A stretch of 64,000 nt of DNA from Candidatus Zhuqueibacterota bacterium (GCA_030950365.1 JAUZRQ010000001.1:86591-150590); one strand, 5' to 3'; positions 16,539-26,683 are shown, numbered from the stretch's first letter. The notes: generated by a model not told the origin, from the letters alone. Translations and numbers: made by a program.

Positions 16539-18920
16539 GTGAAAATTACCTATAGCTGGCTGCAGGAACTGACGAACACCACGCTTTCGGTGGAGGAGGT
16601 CCAGGATCGCCTGACCATGCTGGGCCTCGAGGTGGAAGCCGTGTATTCTACGGTACCCGAGGTAGAGGGCGTGGTTATTGGCGAAGTGTTAGAGGTGCAG
16701 CCAATTGAAAATTCCGCGCATCTTAAGTCCTGCAAAGTCAATATCGGCCACGAGCAGGTGCAGGTGGTGTGTGGTGCGCCGAATGTGGCCGCCGGGCAAA
16801 AAGTGCCTTTGGCCATGCCAGGAGCGCTTCTCCCCAATGGCATGAAAATCTCCCGTCGCAAAATTCGGGGCGTTTTATCTCACGGCATGATTTGTTCCGA
16901 AGCCGAACTGCATCTGTCAGACGATGCCGAAGGCATCATGGTTCTGGATGATCAGGCCCCTGTAGGAGAGCCATTCAAAGCCTATCTTGGCAAGCAAGAT
17001 TACGTGTTCGAACTGGGCATTACACCGAACCGGCCGGACTGCCTCGGGGCCATTGGCATTGCACGCGAAATTTGCGTGAGCGAGGGGCGGCCGTTCGAAT
17101 CGCCGCTGAAAACCGTTTCATTGCCGCTCGCCGGCAATGAAACGGTTAGCGTCGATATTCTCGCGTCGGATGCCTGCCCGCGGTACACCGCGCGGTTGAT
17201 TCGCCATGTCAAGATCGGACCTTCGCCGCGCTGGTTGGTGGATCGATTGCGTGCAGTTGGACTGCGCAGCATCAACAATGTTGTGGATGTAACCAACTAT
17301 GTCATGATGGAAACCGGGCAGCCGCTGCATGCGTTCGATTATGATCTGCTGAAGGGCGGGCGCATCGTGGTGCGCACGGCAAAGGACGGCGAAAAATTCG
17401 TCACTCTGGACGGCAAAGAGCACACTCTGAAAGAAGGCAATTTGCTGATTTGCGACGCCGAGCGGGCCGTTGCTCTGGCAGGCATTATGGGCGGCGAGAA
17501 TTCCGAGGTGTCCGACAATACCCGGCACATCCTGCTGGAAAGTGCCTATTTTGCGCCGTTTTCCATTCGCAAAACCACGCGCCAGCTCGGTATTTCCACG
17601 GATTCTTCGCGCCGATTCGAACGCGGTGTGGATCCAAATGGGGCGGATCTGGCCTCCAACCGTGCAACGCAGCTCATCCTTGAAGTGGCAGGGGGGGAGC
17701 TGGCTTCGGATTTGGTGGATGCCTATCCCGGAACCATCGTCCCGGTTGAAATAGAATTTCGTCCACAGCGTAGCAAAAAGGTTCTGGGACTGGAAATTCC
17801 GGAGAACGACATGCAGCGCATCCTGACCCATCTGGGATGCGAAGTGGATGCCAGTCATTCTACCTGGCGGATCAAGGCACCTACGTTCCGGCCAGATCTT
17901 GAGCGAGAAATCGATTTGATCGAGGAAGTGGCGCGGATTTATGGCTACAATGACATCCCTAACAAGACACTGGATACAATTCACCTCGATATGCCGTCGA
18001 ACTGCTTCGATGCTTTCGTTGATCGGGTGCGGCACAAAGCGGCTTCGCTATCGCTGTCGGAGATTGTTACCCTGAGCATGGTGTCGAGAAAGCAGGCGGC
18101 TGGGTTTGTGGATTCCGAAGACGCCCTGCTCAGCCTGGTCAATCCGCTGAGCGAAGATATGGCCGTGATGCGGCCTACGCTGTTTACTTCGATGCTATCC
18201 TCTGTGGTTTACAATCTCAACCGCAAGCAAATTGATTTGCGCTTCTTTGAAGTCGGCAATGTGTTCCGCTACGATCCTGACAGCAAAAAGGTGATTGAGC
18301 GTCGGGCATTTAGCGCCGTGGGCACTGGCCGCAAATTCATGCCTAGCTGGGACGTCAAAGCTGAGACCATCAATTTCTTTGATATGAAAGGGATCGTAAC
18401 GGAATTTTTGCATCAATTGCATTTGCATAATGTGAAGTTCGCTGTAAGTCAATATAAATTTTTTGAATACAGCGCAGATTTACTTGTGGATGAGCAAAAA
18501 ATTGGCTATATTGGAAAATTCAAAAAATCGATTCTTGCGCTGTACGACATCAAGCGAGACGTCTTTGGCTTTGAGCTGTATTTAGAAGATCTGTATCCGC
18601 TCGCGCAGACAGCATTGAAATTTCAGCCGATTTCGGCATTTCCGCCGGTAGAGCGCGATCTGGCGTTGGTAGTGGATAAAGACAGGCCTGCAGCCGAGCT
18701 GGAAGCCGTAATCCGCGAAACGGCCGGACCGCTGTTGCGTGAATTGACCCTGTTTGATCTCTATTCAGGGCCGCAGATACCGGAAGATAAAAAGAGTCTG
18801 GCCTTTTCGCTGGTGTTCCAATCGGATGAACGAACATTGACGGATGAAGAGATCAACACGATTTTGGATGACGTGCTCAAGGCCGTCAATGTGAAACTTG
18901 GCGCAACTTTGAGACAGTAA
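16539..18920 (+). CDS. pheT: Phenylalanine--tRNA ligase beta subunit
   Basis: 793 aa with a GTG start. It has an N-terminal tRNA-binding domain, B3/4 and B5 regions and a FDX-ACB C-terminus. Confidence 0.95.
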   Translation: MKITYSWLQELTNTTLSVEEVQDRLTMLGLEVEAVYSTVPEVEGVVIGEVLEVQPIENSAHLKSCKVNIGHEQVQVVCGAPNVAAGQKVPLAMPGALLPNGMKISRRKIRGVLSHGMICSEAELHLSDDAEGIMVLDDQAPVGEPFKAYLGKQDYVFELGITPNRPDCLGAIGIAREICVSEGRPFESPLKTVSLPLAGNETVSVDILASDACPRYTARLIRHVKIGPSPRWLVDRLRAVGLRSINNVVDVTNYVMMETGQPLHAFDYDLLKGGRIVVRTAKDGEKFVTLDGKEHTLKEGNLLICDAERAVALAGIMGGENSEVSDNTRHILLESAYFAPFSIRKTTRQLGISTDSSRRFERGVDPNGADLASNRATQLILEVAGGELASDLVDAYPGTIVPVEIEFRPQRSKKVLGLEIPENDMQRILTHLGCEVDASHSTWRIKAPTFRPDLEREIDLIEEVARIYGYNDIPNKTLDTIHLDMPSNCFDAFVDRVRHKAASLSLSEIVTLSMVSRKQAAGFVDSEDALLSLVNPLSEDMAVMRPTLFTSMLSSVVYNLNRKQIDLRFFEVGNVFRYDPDSKKVIERRAFSAVGTGRKFMPSWDVKAETINFFDMKGIVTEFLHQLHLHNVKFAVSQYKFFEYSADLLVDEQKIGYIGKFKKSILALYDIKRDVFGFELYLEDLYPLAQTALKFQPISAFPPVERDLALVVDKDRPAAELEAVIRETAGPLLRELTLFDLYSGPQIPEDKKSLAFSLVFQSDERTLTDEEINTILDDVLKAVNVKLGATLRQ

Positions 18921-18946
18921 TTTGGCGTTTTACCGAGACAGAGCCA

Positions 18947-19228
18947 ATGGATAGTCCATCCTATTCAATTTTAGAAACCAAGATTTTGCAGGCGGTCAAC
19001 TTAATTCATGAGCTACGACGCGAAAACGAAAAACTCAAACACGAATTGGAACTGTTAAGGCTTGAATTAAACGAGAAAAAACGTGAAATTTCAAATTTAA
19101 AGCAAGCTTTGGATCAACAGCCTTCACCCGATTTGACCTTGCAGCAGTATCAGGAGAGAGAAGCCCAAATTCGCAGCAAAATTGAGAAGATGCTGGCGAA
19201 ATTGGAAGCGTTGGATATACCGATTTGA
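18947..19228 (+). CDS. Coiled-coil protein, ZapB-like (putative cell-division factor)
   Basis: 93 aa of continuous heptad coiled coil (ELRRENEKLKHELELLRLELNEKKREISNLK). It lies immediately upstream of zapA. Confidence 0.45.
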   Translation: MDSPSYSILETKILQAVNLIHELRRENEKLKHELELLRLELNEKKREISNLKQALDQQPSPDLTLQQYQEREAQIRSKIEKMLAKLEALDIPI

Positions 19229-19287
19229 ATCTGCCGTTTGTTTCATGCTTGGACGATTGACAGCTAAATTGATGAAAACCATACCCA

Positions 19288-19605
19288 ATGAATCAACAAG
19301 GCAACATTATTAAAGTCACTATATATGGCACCGAGTATCCGATTCGAGGAGAAACGGATGCCGAATACATTAAAAAAGTTGCCGCGTATGTTGATCAGAA
19401 AATGTACGAAGTCGAGCGAAGTTCTTCTGCAAAATCCACGGTGAAGGTGGCCATTTTAGCAGCTCTGAACATTGCAGATGAATTATTTCGTGAGAGGGAA
19501 GAAAAACAGAAGTTGGTCAAGCAGTTTGAAGAAAAAATATTTAAGCTGTCAAATCTGTTGAATGTACAAAACCAAGGCGAGGCTGAAACAACGTTAACTG
19601 AATAA
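19288..19605 (+). CDS. zapA: Cell division protein ZapA
   Basis: 105 aa. VTIYGTEYPIRGETDAEYIKKVAAYVDQKM...VKVAILAALNIADELF matches the ZapA fold pattern. Confidence 0.8.
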   Translation: MNQQGNIIKVTIYGTEYPIRGETDAEYIKKVAAYVDQKMYEVERSSSAKSTVKVAILAALNIADELFREREEKQKLVKQFEEKIFKLSNLLNVQNQGEAETTLTE

Positions 19606-19630
19606 AATTCAAGGCAGTTCACCAGTAAAG

Positions 19631-19747
19631 AATCCCTGATTGCTGCATTCTTTTCCCTCGCCGGATTAGTCCAAGCATGAACACAAAAACCTTTATGTTG
19701 TTCTATGGTCTTGGACGCCGGCGAAACGGAGGCAGCAGTCAGGGATT
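19631..19747 (+). ncRNA. Unclassified structured RNA element: rod-like nested hairpin followed by a U-run, in the zapA-rny spacer
   Basis: Nested helices: 19631-19646/19732-19747 (16 bp with one G.U), 19658-19664/19718-19724 (7 bp), 19669-19675/19710-19716 (7 bp) and 19676-19683/19699-19707 (8 bp with one bulge), plus apical pairs. TTTCTTTT follows, then the rny RBS GGAGG (19756-19760). Confidence 0.5.
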
Positions 19748-19764
19748 TTTCTTTTGGAGGATCA

Positions 19765-21333
19765 ATGTCAGTAGTTTGGATTATGGTTATTCTGGTAGTA
19801 GCTGCGGCCGCATTCTATCTTGGTTGGATGCTGCGCTCTCGCATGGGCCAGGATAAAATAGCCAGGGCTGAAAAATATGCCGAACAGGTGCTTCAGGAGG
19901 CGCAGAAAGAGGCGGAAAATCTAAAAAAGGAAAAAATACTCGAAGCCAATGAGTATTTTTTTCAGCAGCGGCAGCGTCTTGAACGTGAAGAGCGGCAGCG
20001 TCAGGAGCATATGAAACGCCTGGAGCGGCAGCTCAGTATTAAAGAAAGCAACCTGGATCGCAAAGTTGATATATTAAATAAAAAAGAAAAAGAGCTGCAG
20101 CAACAAGAGCAAAATTTTCGGTCCCGCGAAAAGCAAATTAAGCTTAAAGAAGAACAATTGGAACAGCTCCTTGAAGAGCAAAACCGGAAACTGGAACAAA
20201 TCTCCGGCCTGAGTAGCGAAGAAGCCAAGAGGATTCAGCTCGAAAACATCCTGGAAGCGGCGCGTCAGGAAGCGGAAACTCATATCCGCGAAATCGAGGA
20301 TAAAGCGCGCGCCACCGCTGATCAAAGGGCCAAGGAAATTATCGTGCAGGCCATTCAGCGCACCGGGGTGAGCCATATTGTGGAAACCACGGTGAGCATT
20401 ATCAAGCTGCCCAATGATGACATGAAGGGCCGCATTATCGGCCGCGAAGGCCGAAACATCCGCACCTTTGAGGCGGAAACCGGTATTGAGGTACTGATCG
20501 ACGACACGCCGGAAGTGGTAATGCTGAGCGGCTTCAATCCGATCCGGCGTGAGGTGGCCCGGCTGGCGCTGGAAAAGCTAATCCTCGATGGTCGTATTCA
20601 TCCAGGGCGGATTGAAGAGGTGGTGGCCAAAACCCGTGAGGAAATTGATGAAAAAATTTTTGAATATGGAGAACAGGCCATCCTTGAACTGGGGCTGCAT
20701 GGAATCCATCATGAGCTGGTGAAACTGCTCGGAAAACTCAAATTTTACACCAATGTCGGCCAGAATGTGCTGCAGCATTCCATTGAAGTCGCCTTACTGG
20801 CTGGACAAATGGCCGCCGAGCTGGAGCTGGATACCAATCACGCAAGACGGGCTGGTTTGCTTCACGAAGTCGGTATGGCGGTGGAAAATTACACCGATTG
20901 TTCGACCGCTGAGTTATCGGCCGAACTGGTGCGAAAATATGGCGAGCCGGAAGTCGTGCAAAATGCCATTCTCACCGCCAACAATCCGGATTGCGTGAAA
21001 GAAATTCTGACGCCCATTTCCATCATTGTGGCCATTGCCAACGAGATCAGCATTCGGCGTCCCGGTGCGCAAAAGGAAATGTTGGAGAGCTATTTCAAAC
21101 GCCTCAATCAGATGGAAGAAATCGCCAATTCGTTCATGGGCGTCAAGCGGTCCTATGCCCTGCAGGCCGGTCGCGAAATTCGCGTCATGGTCGAGTATAG
21201 CAAAGTGGATGATCCCGGCGCAGAGCATCTGGCCGCCGAAATCGCCCAAAAAATTCGCGAAAACATTGCCTTTCCAGGCCAGATCAAGGTCACGGTGATC
21301 CGCGAATACCGCACCTCGGACGTGGCGAAGTAA
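19765..21333 (+). CDS. rny: Ribonuclease Y
   Basis: I take the start at ATG 19765, preceded by GGAGG. It has an N-terminal TM helix (VVWIMVILVVAAAAFYLGW), a coiled coil, a KH domain (GRIIGREGRNIR) and an HD domain. The listed 19705 start would lie inside the structured spacer. Confidence 0.93.
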   Translation: MSVVWIMVILVVAAAAFYLGWMLRSRMGQDKIARAEKYAEQVLQEAQKEAENLKKEKILEANEYFFQQRQRLEREERQRQEHMKRLERQLSIKESNLDRKVDILNKKEKELQQQEQNFRSREKQIKLKEEQLEQLLEEQNRKLEQISGLSSEEAKRIQLENILEAARQEAETHIREIEDKARATADQRAKEIIVQAIQRTGVSHIVETTVSIIKLPNDDMKGRIIGREGRNIRTFEAETGIEVLIDDTPEVVMLSGFNPIRREVARLALEKLILDGRIHPGRIEEVVAKTREEIDEKIFEYGEQAILELGLHGIHHELVKLLGKLKFYTNVGQNVLQHSIEVALLAGQMAAELELDTNHARRAGLLHEVGMAVENYTDCSTAELSAELVRKYGEPEVVQNAILTANNPDCVKEILTPISIIVAIANEISIRRPGAQKEMLESYFKRLNQMEEIANSFMGVKRSYALQAGREIRVMVEYSKVDDPGAEHLAAEIAQKIRENIAFPGQIKVTVIREYRTSDVAK

Positions 21334-21416
21334 GACCGAAAAAAGGAATTGCATTTTAGGTCGGCGCATTTTATTTTTATTGGCTTTGGAAAGCGTAGGT
21401 AAACAGGGCTACCAAT

Positions 21417-22214
21417 ATGTCCAGTAATCATTTATTGACTGTTTTGTTTGTTGCCGATGTCGTCGGACAGCCCGGCTGCGAAATTCTTTCGCGGCTGCTG
21501 CCTACGCTGAAAAAGCAATACCGGGCGGATTTTGTGATCGCTAACGGCGAGAATGCCAACAACAACGGCAAAGGCATCACCGATAAAATCGCCCGGCGGT
21601 TTTTCGACCTCGGCGTTGACGTCATTACCGGCGGCAATCATACGTGGGAAAACCGGAAAATAAATGAGCTATTCAAAGAAGAACCGCGGGTATTGCGGCC
21701 GGCGAATTATCCAGACGAAAATCCCGGCAAGGGCGTGTATATTGCGCGACTGCTGGACGATACCCGCATTGCGGTGATCAATTTGCAGGGCCGCACGTTC
21801 ATGTATCCGATTCGCTGTCCCTTTCGCATGGCCGATGCTTTGATCAAACAAGTCAAGCAGGAAACGCATTTGATCATCGTCGATTTTCATGCAGAAGCCA
21901 CAGCAGAAAAAATTGCTCTCGGCTGGTATCTGGACGGCAAGGCCAGCGCCATTATTGGCACGCATACGCACGTGCAAACCGCTGATGAGCGTATTTTGCC
22001 AAAGGGAACGGCCTATATTACCGATGCCGGCATGACCGGAGCGCATGATTCGGTTATCGGGATGAAAATACCAAATGCGCTGCATCGTTTTTTGAATCAA
22101 ACACCGTCCCGTTTCGATGTAGCCAACGAAAACTTACGTTTTTCAGGTGTATTGATCACCATAGAACGAGATACGGGCAAAGCTCAGAGCATTCAACGCA
22201 TTTCATTACCCTGA
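21417..22214 (+). CDS. ymdB: YmdB-family metallophosphoesterase (2',3'-cyclic-nucleotide 2'-phosphodiesterase)
   Basis: 265 aa. It has LFVADVVGQPG, ANGENA, GGNHTWE, VDFHAEATAEK and GTHTHVQTADE. The rny-ymdB pairing is the same as in B. subtilis. Confidence 0.9.
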   Translation: MSSNHLLTVLFVADVVGQPGCEILSRLLPTLKKQYRADFVIANGENANNNGKGITDKIARRFFDLGVDVITGGNHTWENRKINELFKEEPRVLRPANYPDENPGKGVYIARLLDDTRIAVINLQGRTFMYPIRCPFRMADALIKQVKQETHLIIVDFHAEATAEKIALGWYLDGKASAIIGTHTHVQTADERILPKGTAYITDAGMTGAHDSVIGMKIPNALHRFLNQTPSRFDVANENLRFSGVLITIERDTGKAQSIQRISLP

Positions 22215-22218
22215 GACC

Positions 22219-23109
22219 ATGTCAGCAGAGATCATTGACGGCAAAAAAATTGCCGAGCAAATTTATTCGGAACTTTCGGAAGATATTGAAGCGCTAAAGG
22301 AAAAGGATATTATTCCGAAACTTACGGTTATACTTGTGGGCAATGATCAGGCGTCGGCTGTGTATGTTCGTATGAAAGGCAATGCCTGCAAGCGGGTCGG
22401 TATTGTTTCGGAAACATTGACCTTTGATGCCGATATTTCCGAAGAAGAACTGCTTGCCATCATCGATCGGCTGAATCAGGATGCGAGCTGCCATGGCATT
22501 CTGGTGCAGATGCCGTTGCCGGATCACATTGATGAGAACAAAGTTATCGAAAGAATTTGGCCTGAAAAGGATGTGGACGGATTTCATCCGGTGAATAAGG
22601 GACGGCTGCAGGCCGGGTTGCCGTGCTTTGTGCCATGTACGCCGGCTGGAGTGCAAGAAATACTGGTCCGCAGCGGCTATTCGCCGGAAGGCAAACACGT
22701 TGTGGTCATTGGGCGCAGCCAGATCGTGGGCATGCCTCTGGCCATTTTGCTGGCGAAGAAGCAAAAAGGCGCCAATGCCACGGTAACAATTTGCCATTCT
22801 CGTACACAAAATGTTGATTTTTTCACGAAAAATGCAGATATTATAGTAGCTGCGATGGGACGGCCCCAAACCATCACAGCGGAGATGTTGAATCCAGACG
22901 CTGTGGTGATCGATGTGGGAGTGAATAGGGTGGAGGATCCACAAAGCGAAAAAGGCTACCGTCTAGTGGGCGATGTGGATTTCGATGCGGCAGTTGAGCA
23001 TGTTAAAGCCATCACACCAGTGCCGGGCGGCGTAGGGCCGTTGACCATCGCCATGTTGATGAAAAATACGGTGTTGGCCGCTGAGAAATCCCTATTTCGG
23101 CGGCAATGA
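22219..23109 (+). CDS. folD: Bifunctional methylenetetrahydrofolate dehydrogenase/methenyltetrahydrofolate cyclohydrolase
   Basis: 296 aa. It has ILVG.DQASAVYVRMK, ILVQMPLP, KDVDGFHP, VIGRSQIVGMP and PVPGGVGPLT. Confidence 0.95.
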   Translation: MSAEIIDGKKIAEQIYSELSEDIEALKEKDIIPKLTVILVGNDQASAVYVRMKGNACKRVGIVSETLTFDADISEEELLAIIDRLNQDASCHGILVQMPLPDHIDENKVIERIWPEKDVDGFHPVNKGRLQAGLPCFVPCTPAGVQEILVRSGYSPEGKHVVVIGRSQIVGMPLAILLAKKQKGANATVTICHSRTQNVDFFTKNADIIVAAMGRPQTITAEMLNPDAVVIDVGVNRVEDPQSEKGYRLVGDVDFDAAVEHVKAITPVPGGVGPLTIAMLMKNTVLAAEKSLFRRQ

Positions 23110-23114
23110 GAAAT

Positions 23115-23188
<74 letters not shown>

Positions 23189-23255
23189 CTATTTTTTTGT
23201 TCAAATGACAAACACAAGTTCTATGGGGCCCTGCTGAAAAGGATTTTAGGCGTCA

Positions 23256-24659
23256 ATGGCAACCGCAAAAAAGCTGATCACTGCACAGTTAGATCTTTCT
23301 GCTGTACAGGAGTTTAAAGGGGATCTAACCGAAGCTCTAACCAAATTCAACTCTCCTGAACAAATTCAAAATTATCTCAGTGAGCGCTACAGTAGCAATG
23401 ACATCGGTGAACTTTCCATCCACTTAAATGACCATATCGCGTCGTTTAAGTGGATTTTGCCTAACGTTGATTTAAATGCAGAAAAATTGCATCAGCAGGC
23501 TCTGGAAAAGGCACGAGAGAAGCAATACAATGAGGCCATTACCTTTTGGATTAAGGCCATTTCCCTGAACGCGAAAGACCCGGATTATTATTTCAATACT
23601 GGCATCGCCTATTTTGAAGAAAAAAATTACCAGGAATCTATCGAGAATCTGGAACAGACCCTGAAAATCTGTCCGATTTACCATAAAGCTCGTCTGATTC
23701 TTGGTACTGTTTATCTAAAACTACGCAAATTCGATAAAGCTGAATATCATTTGAAAGAAAGTATTTATTTTAATCCCCAAAATCCATTGGCGATTCTGAA
23801 CCTGGGAGCGGTGTTCAGTATTCAGAAGCGCTATGAAGAGGGGGTATTTGCTTTTCAACGTGTTATTGAACTGGTCCCGAGCGAACCTCGCGCATATTTT
23901 GGTCTTGGTAAAATATACAGCCTTCAGGGAAAGATTAAGCAGGCAAATGAGTGTTTTCATAAGACCATTGAGCTAGATAAGAAAGGCCTTTTGACCCAGC
24001 ACGCCAAACGGGCCATTGTGGCCGAGGAAACCGCCATTTCGCTGAATTTGAAGAACGGCGATACCAGTGCCGCTGCAAAAGAGCGCCTGGATGAGAAACA
24101 GCTCGAGGCCGCCTTTGCTGAGGCCTATAAGGCGTATTTGTTCGGTGATTATCAGCTTGCAATTGAGCTCTATCGCAAATATCTGGAACACAAACCCAAA
24201 GACGATTACGTTTGGTTTGCACTTGGCGAAAGCTTTTTGCGCAAAGGCCAGCCCAAAGAAGCAGCGGCTGCTTTCAAACAAGCGATTAAGGTCAGCCCCA
24301 ATAAAGCGTTATATCACAAACAACTGGCTGTAGCTTACGATTATCTCGAACTTCCAGAAAAAGCCATTGAATGTGCTGAACAGGCGCTTCGCTTCGGTAA
24401 GAAGGATACAGTTGTCTATACCATTTTAGGCAAAAACCTGCTTAAACAAAACATAATTCTTGATGCAATTGAAAAACTGGAAGCGGCTTTGAAACTCAAT
24501 AAAACCAATTTAAACGCCGAGTATCATCTGGCGTTGGCATACATGCGTAATCAGGATTTCGATTCCGCCATTGATCATCTGCACTGGATCATGAATGCCA
24601 AGATTAAAACGCCGTTGAAAATGCAAGCTGAGGCCTTGCTGCAGAAGATTAATGCTTGA
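23256..24659 (+). CDS. Tetratricopeptide-repeat protein
   Basis: 467 aa with multiple 34-residue TPR units (e.g. AITFWIKAISLNAKDPDYYFNTGIAYFEEKNY). Confidence 0.8.
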   Translation: MATAKKLITAQLDLSAVQEFKGDLTEALTKFNSPEQIQNYLSERYSSNDIGELSIHLNDHIASFKWILPNVDLNAEKLHQQALEKAREKQYNEAITFWIKAISLNAKDPDYYFNTGIAYFEEKNYQESIENLEQTLKICPIYHKARLILGTVYLKLRKFDKAEYHLKESIYFNPQNPLAILNLGAVFSIQKRYEEGVFAFQRVIELVPSEPRAYFGLGKIYSLQGKIKQANECFHKTIELDKKGLLTQHAKRAIVAEETAISLNLKNGDTSAAAKERLDEKQLEAAFAEAYKAYLFGDYQLAIELYRKYLEHKPKDDYVWFALGESFLRKGQPKEAAAAFKQAIKVSPNKALYHKQLAVAYDYLELPEKAIECAEQALRFGKKDTVVYTILGKNLLKQNIILDAIEKLEAALKLNKTNLNAEYHLALAYMRNQDFDSAIDHLHWIMNAKIKTPLKMQAEALLQKINA

Positions 24660-25058
24660 GTTTTTTTTATTTACATTTGGCTGCTAATAATACATGTTAT
24701 GTAAACTTGAAAATCATCGACATTTCCCTTTTCAATTTTGATTGCGGTTGAATAATTACAAGAAGGCTCTTGTTTCGGTTTTTGGCAGGATTAACAATAT
24801 AAGCGTGAAAAATATTTTGTAAAAACGATTATCAGGCTTTGAATGCGCTTTATAGCCAGATAACCGCTGCATTTAAGCATAAGCGACTCAAGCCTATCCG
24901 GTTGATCGTGTTGATCCTGTCGAGGAACTGCCCATATAAAACAACATGGAACCTACAAAAGACACCAATAGACTCAGATCAATTTTGGCAGGAAATTGAG
25001 TTGTTATTATTGATTCAGTGGATAATTCGGATGGATCACATTCGGAAAGAAAAAAAAG

Positions 25059-25133
25059 TCGGGGCGCCCGGATTTGAACCGGGGACCTCATGCTCCCGAA
25101 GCATGCGCGCTAACCGGACTGCGCTACGCCCCG
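25059..25133 (-). tRNA. tRNA-Pro (anticodon CGG)
   Basis: The reverse complement CGGGGCGTAGCGCAGTCCGGTTAGCGC...loop TTCGGGA...GGTTCAAATCC...GCCCCG forms a cloverleaf. Confidence 0.9.
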
Positions 25134-25145
25134 AACTTGTAGCAA

Positions 25146-25820
25146 TCAATGCGTCGCAAATTTAATAAAAATAAATCCCCCAATCAACAAAATTGTGAAA
25201 ATTATTGATAAAATATTAAAATATTTATCTATAAAAGATTTAATTTGAGGGCCGAAAATAGCAATCAATCCCGCTACAGCAAAAAATCGAATTGATCGGC
25301 CGATCACCGAAGCCAGCAAGAATTCGCCGAAGTGAAATGTAAATACACCCGATGCGATGGTGAAAATTTTGTACGGGATCGGCGTGATAGCCGCAATCAG
25401 GATGCCCCAGAATCCATATTGCGTGTACCACATGGAAATGCGATCCATCACCGGCTGGCCATTATAAGCGTCCACAATGGGCTTGCCAATGGCCTCGTAA
25501 GCGCCATAGCCGATATAATAGCCGGCAATGCCACCGATGACGGACGCCAGCGTGCAAATCGCTGCGAATTTTAACGATTTTTTGGGTGCTCCTATCGCCA
25601 AAGCAATCAATAAAACATCTGGGGGCACAGGAAAAAAGCTGGATTCGGCAAAAGCCAGAATGGCAAGGGCATAAATGCCGTATGGCGTTTCCGCCCAACC
25701 AAGCATCCAGTCGTATATGCGGCGGACCCAGTTTCGACTTTTGGTTTGAATGTCAGAGCTTGTCTCGATGATAGGTCCCTGATGCAATACGGCCTCCTTC
25801 CGCAATGCGTTCCTGATCAA
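25146..25820 (-). CDS. YqaA/DedA-superfamily membrane protein
   Basis: 224 aa and polytopic. It has the AFAESSFFPVPPDVLLIAL motif typical of YqaA-type DedA proteins. Confidence 0.75.
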   Translation of the reverse strand: MIRNALRKEAVLHQGPIIETSSDIQTKSRNWVRRIYDWMLGWAETPYGIYALAILAFAESSFFPVPPDVLLIALAIGAPKKSLKFAAICTLASVIGGIAGYYIGYGAYEAIGKPIVDAYNGQPVMDRISMWYTQYGFWGILIAAITPIPYKIFTIASGVFTFHFGEFLLASVIGRSIRFFAVAGLIAIFGPQIKSFIDKYFNILSIIFTILLIGGFIFIKFATH

Positions 25821-26488
25821 GTCTTTAAGTACACTTTTATAAATCGCGCCACATCCCGCAGTGGCCGGATATGGCTTCTTTCGTTGGAATATCGAGTCCC
25901 AATCGGCACTTCATAGAAAGTTACCGACATCCCTCCTGCTTTGAGCAAAAACTCACTTTCGAATTCATATCCGTTGCTCGCAAGCTCCGGCATTGCTTCG
26001 ATGATCGTGCGCTTTATCACCCGCATACCGCTTTGGGAATCATGAACGCGCTGGCCGATTTTATGGCTGATCAGCAACGAAGTGATGCGATTGCTCAAAA
26101 TCCGCGGTATTGGCATGAGTCCAGGCCGAAAATCGCGGCGCCCGATGAGAAAATCGCCTTTGTTCGCTTTGGCGGTCAACACCAGCTTTTTTAAATCGGC
26201 CGGCGCATGCTGGCCATCGGCATCCATGAAAGCATACCATTCGGGCGTGATTTGCGTCCGAACGAACCGGATTCCGGTCTTCAGAGCTGCGCCTTTGCCA
26301 AGATTGGTCGTATGCGATAATAGCTGCACGTGCGCAAACTGCCGGACGATTGCGGCCGTCCTGTCTGTCGATCCATCATCCACGACAACCACTGCTGCCT
26401 GCGGAAGATTTTCCTTTAATTGCCGCAAGATCCTGGCAATGGCATCTTCCACATTATATGCAGGCAAAATGACAGCAAGTTCCGGCAT
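25817..26488 (-). CDS. Family 2 glycosyltransferase (polyprenol-phosphate sugar transferase-like)
   Basis: 223 aa. It has VILPAYNVEDAI, VVVDDGSTDRT and FMDADGQH (the DxD region). Its end overlaps the start of the YqaA gene by 4 nt. Confidence 0.85.
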   Translation of the reverse strand: MPELAVILPAYNVEDAIARILRQLKENLPQAAVVVVDDGSTDRTAAIVRQFAHVQLLSHTTNLGKGAALKTGIRFVRTQITPEWYAFMDADGQHAPADLKKLVLTAKANKGDFLIGRRDFRPGLMPIPRILSNRITSLLISHKIGQRVHDSQSGMRVIKRTIIEAMPELASNGYEFESEFLLKAGGMSVTFYEVPIGTRYSNERSHIRPLRDVARFIKVYLKT

Positions 26489-26553
26489 GCATTAATTTAC
26501 AATTTGAAGCGCGATGAGCAAATGAAATTCCAGTAGCAATTTTCCCAGAAACA

Positions 26554-26588
26554 CAAAAAAGGCTATAGCGATGGGCTATAGCCTTTTT
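26554..26588 (-). terminator. Rho-independent terminator downstream of tRNA-Pro(GGG)
   Basis: A perfect 10-bp stem AGGCTATAGC/GCTATAGCCT with a 5-nt loop. On the minus strand a T6 run follows. Confidence 0.8.
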
Positions 26589-26596
26589 ATTGCCAT

Positions 26597-26673
<77 letters not shown>

Positions 26674-26683
26674 AACAAATTAT

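Noticed and set aside
19705-19764. N-terminal extension of rny (MVLDAGETEAAVRDFSFGGS...)
   Set aside because: The extension lies inside the base-paired spacer element and has no RBS. ATG 19765 has GGAGG at ideal spacing and yields the canonical RNase Y N-terminal TM helix.
24839-25165. A 108-aa plus-strand ORF in the 400-nt spacer after the TPR gene
   Set aside because: Its 3' part is the antisense of tRNA-Pro(CGG). It has no RBS and non-coding-like composition. I also found no convincing RNA structure in 24660-25058.
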